Part shown: in pieces, positions 38,069 through 45,500 of the stretch
Layout of the letters: each line of letters starts with the position of its first letter
Numbering within the stretch: the stretch's first letter is position 1
IMG/VR virus record: IMGVR_UViG_3300024269_004845
Length of the DNA: 64,000 bases
Source of the DNA: a virus
Lineage: Duplodnaviria; Caudoviricetes
Direction: 5' to 3' (one strand)
Position numbers and translations under genes: made by a program
The notes under the pieces: generated by a model
Databases searched by the model: none
What the model was told of the DNA's origin: nothing
The model's input: only the letters and a program-made list of their open reading frames with translations

Positions 38069-38856
38069 GGAGAACTCTGCCTACCACTCCTAATGGGGGA
38101 TAGCCTTATTATCATTCATTTTAGAATGTGCGGGTGAAACAAGTGAGATAGTCTGTAGGTTGATGCGGTCAGAGATTTACAGATGATAGCTGGAGACCAA
38201 TGGGCTTTGAAGAAATTGGTCGGACACGGATATGTCGTAACTTTTAGGGTTGCAAGGAATGACATATTTGTGCTTGCGCTGCCTATGCGCAAAACCCTTT
38301 TAAAACGTGGGGTCGTTGCCCACGTCGGACGTATAATTCCGATGTAGTGAAAGGCGAGCAAACAGAGGAACTCATTTGGTGTTGTTCGATTAGGATAATC
38401 GCCAAAACCGAAGACTTCTGGAAACTCTTTGCGTGGTATTGAGCATCCACGATATCATGGAAACGTGATATAAAGATGAGAACGTACAGCTCCGTGTAAG
38501 AACGTTAATCTAATTTGTGCGGGTTTAAGCCTTGATGCCCTCTAAATTATACTTTAAAGCAAGCACGAATCCTTTTGTAGTTCTAATGGATTATAAAAGG
38601 CGAACAACAGTAGTGAATCATCCACTCATTTGAATAGATGGTGCTGGCACGAGGGTAAAGACAGCATAACAATCCTCTGAATATAATCATCTCATCCTGC
38701 GGTGACGTAGAGGTGGGCTCTGGAGTGGTGATAGTGAATCTTTCATCTGTGAAGCTATCAGTAAGTTTAGATGAATATTGCTGCTAGAAAGCAGACGGCA
38801 GTGGGTAGCCCCCACAATAACCCTGGTCGTTAAAGGTGATTTAAGCTGATGGGTTT
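38069..38856 (+). ncRNA. Giant structured ncRNA (~790 nt), GOLLD-like candidate
   Basis: Fills the gap between two tRNAs; many hairpins (CACGGATATGTC/GACATATTTGTG, ACGTGGG/CCCACGT, TTGCGC/GCGCAA, ATATCATG-GAAA-CGTGATAT); no credible ORF. Family not verified. Confidence 0.6.
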
Positions 38857-38862
38857 TTATAT

Positions 38863-38938
38863 TCCTCGTTAGCTCAGTTGGTAGAGCATGCGGCTGTTAA
38901 CCGCAGGGTCGTAGGTTCGAGCCCTACACGAGGAGCCA
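38863..38938 (+). tRNA. tRNA-Asn(GTT)
   Basis: TGCGG-CT GTT AA-CCGCA; CCA. Confidence 0.97.
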
Positions 38939-38944
38939 GTTCAT

Positions 38945-39051
38945 ACTCTGGTGGCTATGCTTACATTTGAGCGGTTTTGAGTAGCTGCTTAACTGCAATT
39001 ATTGTAAGAAGCACAGTCGGCTGCAGACGAAGTACCTACGGGTCCCAGGGT
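38945..39051 (+). ncRNA. Candidate multibranch small RNA
   Basis: Closing stem ACTCTGG/CCAGGGT enclosing four hairpins. Confidence 0.5.
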
Positions 39052-39057
39052 TTTTAT

Positions 39058-39134
39058 GCGGGTATGGTGTTTAATGGCTAGCACTCCTGCCTTCCAAGCA
39101 GGCGGTACGGGTTCGAGTCCCGTTACTCGCTCCA
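39058..39134 (+). tRNA. tRNA-Gly(TCC)
   Basis: CCTGC-CT TCC AA-GCAGG; CCA. Confidence 0.95.
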
Positions 39135-39151
39135 TTTTAAATTTTATATAT

Positions 39152-39229
39152 CGCAGAGTAGAGCAGTTTGGTCAGCTCGCCAGGTTCATGGCCTGGAGGT
39201 CGTTGGTTCGAATCCAACCTTTGCAACCA
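39152..39229 (+). tRNA. tRNA-Met(CAT), initiator-like (C1:A72)
   Basis: CCAGG-TT CAT GG-CCTGG; CCA. Confidence 0.88.
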
Positions 39230-39301
39230 CGCGGGGTAGAGCAGTGGCAGCTCATTGGCCTCATAAGCCAAAGGTCGGAGGTTCAATTCCTTCCCCCGCA
39301 A
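39230..39301 (+). tRNA. tRNA-Met(CAT), initiator-like, no encoded CCA
   Basis: CGCGGGG/CCCCGCA acceptor, TTGGC-CT CAT AA-GCCAA. Confidence 0.9.
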
Positions 39302-39355
39302 GAGACACAATTAACCACCTCCACGCGGTGTGTCTTGGATAGCGCAAACGGTTAA
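39302..39355 (+). ncRNA. Theta (minimal HDV-like) self-cleaving ribozyme
   Basis: P1 GAGACAC/GTGTCTT (G1-U wobble), P2 TTAACC/GGTTAA, P3 ACC/GGT, L3 TCCACGC, P1.1 CC/GG, J4/2 with C-A-A; begins right after the tRNA discriminator. Confidence 0.85.
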
Positions 39356-39383
39356 AGTTATTTTAATTACTAGGAGGAAAAAC

Positions 39384-39608
39384 ATGAGACCTCAATTTAC
39401 AAATGCTTTCGCTATTAGTAAAAACAGTAATAGCACTGAAGTAATTATTACTTTTAAACAGCAATATGTCGATGGAGAGGACGCTAATCATCAGCCTATT
39501 CAGAAAATTGATGATGTGGCTAGTGTTGTAATGTCTCTCGAAGCGGCATTGAGTTTAAAGGACGTACTAAATAAAGTAATAGGTATCGATTATCCTCCTG
39601 CTAATTAA
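39384..39608 (+). CDS. Small protein, DUF3467-like
   Basis: FTNAF...EVIITF...VASVVMSLEAALSLKDVL; RBS AGGAGG. Confidence 0.65.
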   Translation: MRPQFTNAFAISKNSNSTEVIITFKQQYVDGEDANHQPIQKIDDVASVVMSLEAALSLKDVLNKVIGIDYPPAN

Positions 39609-39610
39609 AT

Positions 39611-39686
39611 GCAGGTGTAACTCAATTGGCAGAGTGCCACCTTGCCAAGGTGGATGTTGCGGGTTCGAGCCCCGTCACCTGCTCCA
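39611..39686 (+). tRNA. tRNA-Gly(GCC)
   Basis: CCACC-TT GCC AA-GGTGG; CCA. Confidence 0.96.
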
Positions 39687-39696
39687 AGAAAATATT

Positions 39697-39735
39697 AAAG
39701 ACTTAGTAGATAATTCTACTAAGTCTTTTCTTTTT
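39697..39735 (+). terminator. Terminator ending the RNA array
   Basis: AAAGACTTAGTAGA-TAAT-TCTACTAAGTCTTT plus T-tract. Confidence 0.9.
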
Positions 39736-39829
39736 GTTTTGTGATAAACATTTTATTTATTTTTCCGTTCATTCTAAAATACAATATAAAAATGCAATTA
39801 ATTGTTTCTTAGAAAGGATGATTAAAATT

Positions 39830-40078
39830 ATGAAGAGTAAAAGAATGAAAATGATTGAGGCTTACGATTTGTCTAAAAACAATATAAACGAAATAAGTTA
39901 TTCTAGTAAATGTTATTGTTATGATTGCATGCAAGAAATTAATTCTTCTGATGTAAAACAATATTCTGGTACAGCTGCAGTTTGTCCTTATTGCAAAAAT
40001 ACTACTGTAATTCCAGATAATATAGATTTTGAAATAACTCCTGAATTTTTAATAGCCATGAAGAAGTATTGGAGTTAA
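39830..40078 (+). CDS. Small zinc-binding protein
   Basis: CYCYDC...CPYC...MKKYW; RBS GAAAGGA. Confidence 0.7.
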   Translation: MKSKRMKMIEAYDLSKNNINEISYSSKCYCYDCMQEINSSDVKQYSGTAAVCPYCKNTTVIPDNIDFEITPEFLIAMKKYWS

Positions 40079-40105
40079 TATTTGAGAAAGGGAGGTATGA
40101 AATAG

Positions 40106-42400
40106 GTGAAAGATGCTTTAAAAACGGTAGTAACAACTATGGCATCTAAACCAAAAACATCAATGCTTTTTGGGATACTTGTGCATTTTATATGGATTGC
40201 GCTATTTTTCACTACTAGATTTACAAATATATTTTTATCGGTGATAGTTGGGCTTATTCCTGCCCTTATATATTTCATGATAAATTCTATAGTTGAAGAA
40301 GAAAAAGACCAAAATGCATTGTTGGGTATGTTGCAAGTAGTAATTGTTACTGGTTTAATCGTTCTTATGAACGGGATTCTTAATATGATAATCCCTAATC
40401 TTGGGCCCACAATATTTAAAAAAGAAGGTGGAGCGTTAATTCCTATTTGTGCCTTCGTAGATTTTATCGTTGCTGTATTTGTGGGGTTTACTTTGAGACA
40501 GGGAACCACTAGTATGTTCTTTGATAATATTAAAAAAGTGAATATGTGGACTACTTTAGGGATTCATTTGTTTGATAGAGAACAGAAAAAAGGAGACGTC
40601 AAGCTTTGTGAAGACTTAGAAACTGGTAGCCCCGTTATCATTCCATACAAAGACCGTTTTTTACATATGTTAATTCTTGGTCCTACTGGTTCTGGTAAAA
40701 CATCTCAGAGTATTATTCCTATGCTTAACCAAGACGTTCAGAACTTAGATGCTGGGATTACAGTTATCGAACCTAAGGGAGACCTTGCTGAAAAAATTTA
40801 TGCAATGTCTCAGTACTACGGTCGTCCCGCAGTTTATTTTAATCCAATATTGGATGCTTGCCCAACATTTAACCCTCTATATGGCAAGGAAGAGGACGTT
40901 ATAGAAAACGTTGTTACTACATTTAATATGTTGGACCCAGATTCTCCTCAATACTTTAAAGACATGAATGAACAGTTGTTAAGAAACGCTTTGAAAGTAT
41001 TGAAAAGGTTGAAGGGGAATAAAGCAACAATGATTGATTTATCTCGGTTGGTTGCTAACTCCGTTGGTCAGGGGAGAAAAATGGTTATGGATTTCTCTAA
41101 AAAGCCCGCGGCGACAGAAGCTTTGGCAAAAGAGAATGCAGATATTGCAAACTATTTTTTGAGTGACTATTTTGCTGAAAAATCCAAAACTTATGAAAAC
41201 ACATCTGGCGTTCGAAGCCAAATTGCTAAGATTGTTTCTAATAAATATTTGCGAAAAGTTTTAAATCCTGAAAATGGGAAAAGTGATATTGACTTTGATG
41301 CTCACCTAGAGAATGGTACAATTATTTGTATTTGTACGGCTCAAGGTAAATTAAGAGACCTTGGTAAATTCCTTGGCTATTTCATTATTCTTAACTTTCA
41401 GTCTTCGGTATTTAAACGACCAGGGAATGAAAATACTCGTATTCCTCATTTTCTGTATATTGACGAATTCCAGACATATGCTAACCCTGGTTTTGCAGAC
41501 ATGCTTACTCAGGGACGTTCTTATCGTGTTGCATCTCATTTGGCTACACAGAACAGAGCGCTTATTGGTATGGGTTCTGGTAAAGATGGTGATGACTTTA
41601 TTGAACTTGTTAGTACTAACGCAAGAAATGTTGTTATTTATCCTGGTGGTAACTTTATTGATGCGAAATATTATTCAGACCAATTTGGAGAAATTAAAGA
41701 GAAAGAAGAGCAAAAAGGTATAACCAGACAGAGATTCCATCCTCTATATGGTAATAGAGTTAATGCTCCTTCCGAATCTATAAGAACTACTGAAAAAGAT
41801 GTTGCTAGATATTCTCCAACAGATATTATTTATCGTAAGTTCGGAGAAATCACATATGCAATTATTCAAGACAATACATTGCAAGTTCCTGGCATTGGTA
41901 AAATCGCATATATTCCTAAAGAATTGAATTCTATTTTGGACCAAATGGTAACAGAAAATAATATGTTAATGGCATTAAACTGGGACCCTAATAAATATCG
42001 TGATTTCGAGAATAATGGGCAACTTTATCCCGAAATCGATATGGATGCTGTTAAAGAATTGTGGGAAGCTAAGGAATTGGCTGAGCAAAGAAGTGAATAC
42101 GAGGATGAAAACGAAGATATTCCAAAAGCAAATCCTCAAACTCAACAAACTCAACAAACAGCACAGGCATACGTAAAACCACAACCTCAGCCACAATCTG
42201 CACCTAAGCCTGCGTCTGGGCCAATAATTTTTGAATCTCAAACCGCATCTCCAAAAAGGAGTGACTATGTTGGGAATACACCAAAAGTTGATTCGGCACC
42301 TAGTACAGTAAATATCAAATTAGATGATGAACCAAAGATTAATAAACCTAAAGCAACATCTTCTCTTATAGAAGACATTGACGATGATGACATTATTTAA
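40106..42400 (+). CDS. virD4: VirD4/TraD-like type IV coupling protein with N-terminal TMs
   Basis: 4 TM, GPTGSGKT, EPKGDL, LYIDEF, QGRSYRV; low-complexity acidic tail. Confidence 0.9.
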   Translation: MKDALKTVVTTMASKPKTSMLFGILVHFIWIALFFTTRFTNIFLSVIVGLIPALIYFMINSIVEEEKDQNALLGMLQVVIVTGLIVLMNGILNMIIPNLGPTIFKKEGGALIPICAFVDFIVAVFVGFTLRQGTTSMFFDNIKKVNMWTTLGIHLFDREQKKGDVKLCEDLETGSPVIIPYKDRFLHMLILGPTGSGKTSQSIIPMLNQDVQNLDAGITVIEPKGDLAEKIYAMSQYYGRPAVYFNPILDACPTFNPLYGKEEDVIENVVTTFNMLDPDSPQYFKDMNEQLLRNALKVLKRLKGNKATMIDLSRLVANSVGQGRKMVMDFSKKPAATEALAKENADIANYFLSDYFAEKSKTYENTSGVRSQIAKIVSNKYLRKVLNPENGKSDIDFDAHLENGTIICICTAQGKLRDLGKFLGYFIILNFQSSVFKRPGNENTRIPHFLYIDEFQTYANPGFADMLTQGRSYRVASHLATQNRALIGMGSGKDGDDFIELVSTNARNVVIYPGGNFIDAKYYSDQFGEIKEKEEQKGITRQRFHPLYGNRVNAPSESIRTTEKDVARYSPTDIIYRKFGEITYAIIQDNTLQVPGIGKIAYIPKELNSILDQMVTENNMLMALNWDPNKYRDFENNGQLYPEIDMDAVKELWEAKELAEQRSEYEDENEDIPKANPQTQQTQQTAQAYVKPQPQPQSAPKPASGPIIFESQTASPKRSDYVGNTPKVDSAPSTVNIKLDDEPKINKPKATSSLIEDIDDDDII

Positions 42401-42591
42401 TATAAAATGCCCATTGATGAATAACCAATGGGTATTTTTTATGTAAAACAGTTTCAGTGTTTTATATCGAACAAATTCAAATATAATAAATAAGTCTAAT
42501 ATTGTGATTTGTTAGTCTTAATAAAACGATGTTATTAAGCGAATTTGCATATTATATAAAAGATATAAATTTGCGAAAAGGAGTGAAGCAA

Positions 42592-45500
42592 ATGTTTAAA
42601 AGAATAATTTCTGGGTTGTTAATAATGTCTATGTTATTATCCATGAATATACCAGTATTTGCTGTGGATGGTGATAATGATAATAATAACATTTTGGAAA
42701 TTGAAATGGTTGAATTTGAAAAGACGGGGTTGGTGACTACCCTTATTAACAATTATGACAAAGAGTATTTCATCGTTACTGAAGAAATTGGTAGGGATGG
42801 AACTTATTCTGGTCCCAAAATTGAAAAAAGTATCACAAAAGAACAATTTGATAAATACTACAATGGAAAGGCTTATGATAAATTAAGTATAAATGTTATT
42901 GCCAATAATGACAACTCTCCTTTGTATGCAAATTTTGTTTTTGATAATAATGACCAGATAATTAATAAAAGTTATGTCGGAGACGTAGTAGATGGTAATT
43001 TTAGTCCAATTTCTGTTGATACTACAGACAATGTTTATACTTGGTTGTATGTAGAGAATGAAAATTATTATTCTGTATCGACCAATAAGACTACACAGAC
43101 ATCTGTATATACTCCTATAACGGCTTTGGAATATGATAAAATGTTGTTTAATAAGAATTTTCTCTATTCAAAGATTACTTCTGACAAAAAAACTGATACC
43201 GAAACAGTTCGTACAGAGGTCGTTTTGGATGTTGATGGAAATGTTGTTGGCACTCCTATTGTCGTAAACGTTGATAAAGATGGTAATGTTGCTGAGATAG
43301 CTTATGTATTAAATGATGTTTCTGGCGGCACGATTAGTGGCTTATCTGCTATTGAAAGAACTATTGAAAAATATGGTCCTCAAGAAGCTCCTGCTCCTCA
43401 AGAGCCACCTACTGAGCAGCCTACACCTCAAACACCTCCTACTGAGAATCCTACTCCTGAAACTCCACAACAGGTTCCTCCTATTGGGCCTGAAGTTGAA
43501 GAGATATATAGAGTTAGAAAATCTTGGGATGATGAAGCTAGTCAGCAAGGTGCATATTACTCTCGTGATGCCGCAATTAAAAAAGCTGAAGAAGTAAAAA
43601 TGAACGTTTATGATTGGAATGGTAATTTGGTTTATGAGTATGAGGAGGAAGAGGAAGAACCTGTACAGCCTCCCGTACAACCTCCTAGAGAAGAACCACA
43701 GCCTCCAGCACCAAATAATAACCAGAACAACAATCAAAATAACAATAACCAAAGCAACCAAAATAATGATATTCCCGATGTAAATAGACCTCAGGATGAA
43801 GATGCTATAATTGGTGAAAAAGAAGAGGAAGAAGATAGATATACTTTAGATGAAGAAATGCTTGCTAAATATAGTGGTCTTTATAGCAACTGGATGGATG
43901 AGTACAATAGAGGTTATCATGGTTTTTGGTTAGACCCTTATTTCAATGGTTCTTTAGCGATTATTGAATGGGTGGACCCATTCTGGAGTCAAAGCGATAT
44001 CAATCAGTCTGCTGAAGGTAACGAAATAGCGAGCGGTTATTATGATGATGCAGGTAATTATATTCCTTTAGATAAGAATGGCAACCCAATTCCTAGTGAG
44101 CCTGGTACATTTGACAGTGCTGGTAATTTTATGCCTGAAAATTCTACTGGCTATTATGACCCAGATGGTGTATATCATCCATTGTTTGAAACTATCCCTG
44201 GTATCAGATACGAATTTGATGGCAGTTTCCATATCGACGGACAGGGATACTTTGATGCTGATGGGGTTTGGCATGCAGAAGAAAATGACAACTATAGAAT
44301 AATTCTCTTTGATGGACGAATTGTTTATAAGAATGGTTATATGGAAAATCCTGTTACTGGGGTTCGTATTAAAATTGATAAAGACATTTGGGGTAATTAT
44401 TATTATGGAGATGAAGTAATTTACTCTGATTTTTCTGTTTATAACAAGAAAGATAACACATTGGCTCTTGCCGATGGAACAATATATGAAGGTAAGACTG
44501 AGGGTGTTTATACGTTATTTGGCAACAATGATGCAGTAGTTAAGGGGACCTTCGAAAAAGGCAAAAAGACAATTACTGGTGTAATGTTAAATAATGGAGG
44601 GAACATCACTGATTCTGGAGTTGTTCAGTATCCTAATGGTATCTCTTATACTGAAGGGATTGGTATCAGTCTTCCTAACGGGGAAATTTTGAATGAAAGT
44701 TTTACGGGCAAAGAATATATTGAGTTAGTTGATTATGGTAGAATTTATCCTAATGGTCACATTGCAGTTTATAATGAATACGGCGATTTGACTACAGACA
44801 TGGATGCCATAATTTATGACGACCGTATATTACTAGATAATGGTGATATTTTCAAAGATGGTGTTATTTATAACACCTATAGAGATAAAAATGGAAATTT
44901 GATTATTCCTGATGGGTTTGTTATTTCTACAAATCTTGAACTTGGCGCTTATGCTAGAAATGGCAGTTTCGTAGCTGATACGGCGCCTGAGGAAGATGGA
45001 TATTATGACAGACTTGGTAACCTTATAAATTCTAAAGGGGCTGTAAAAACCTCTGACAATAAAATTGGTTATTACGACTCTGTTGGTAAGTTTATTGAAG
45101 GGGTAATAACTAATACTGCTTATTATTATACTGCTGATGGTACCAAAGTTTTTGCTGATGGTTCCGTTGATAAAAATGAGAAGCTATTTGGTTATTATGA
45201 CAAAAATAAAAATTTTGTAATGAATGATGGCGGTGGTTTCTTCGATGAAGATGGCACTTTTTCTCAGGCTAGTGATAAGCAATATTACAAAGTTTCTAAT
45301 ACTGGTCTTTTCTATTCCGAATTGAACTCTAAGTTCGCGTTAAACATTGATGGTTCTATTTCTGTAATGGGAGAGCTTGGTACCTACGATGAAAATGGTA
45401 TGGTCGAGTTAAAAGGAGACCTGGGATACTATGATGAAACGGGTGTCTTTATCATTTCTAAAGAAAATCCATATATCCAGTTTGGATATTTTTATGATTC

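Noticed and set aside
34595-39383. Track ORFs 34595-34786(-), 35360, 35454, 35633, 37943, 38116, 39056 and the 5' part of 39330
   Set aside because: They overlap tRNAs or structured RNAs and lack RBSs; spurious.
43370-43770. Pro/Gln/Asn-rich DNA repeats
   Set aside because: Explained by low-complexity protein linkers in the surface protein.
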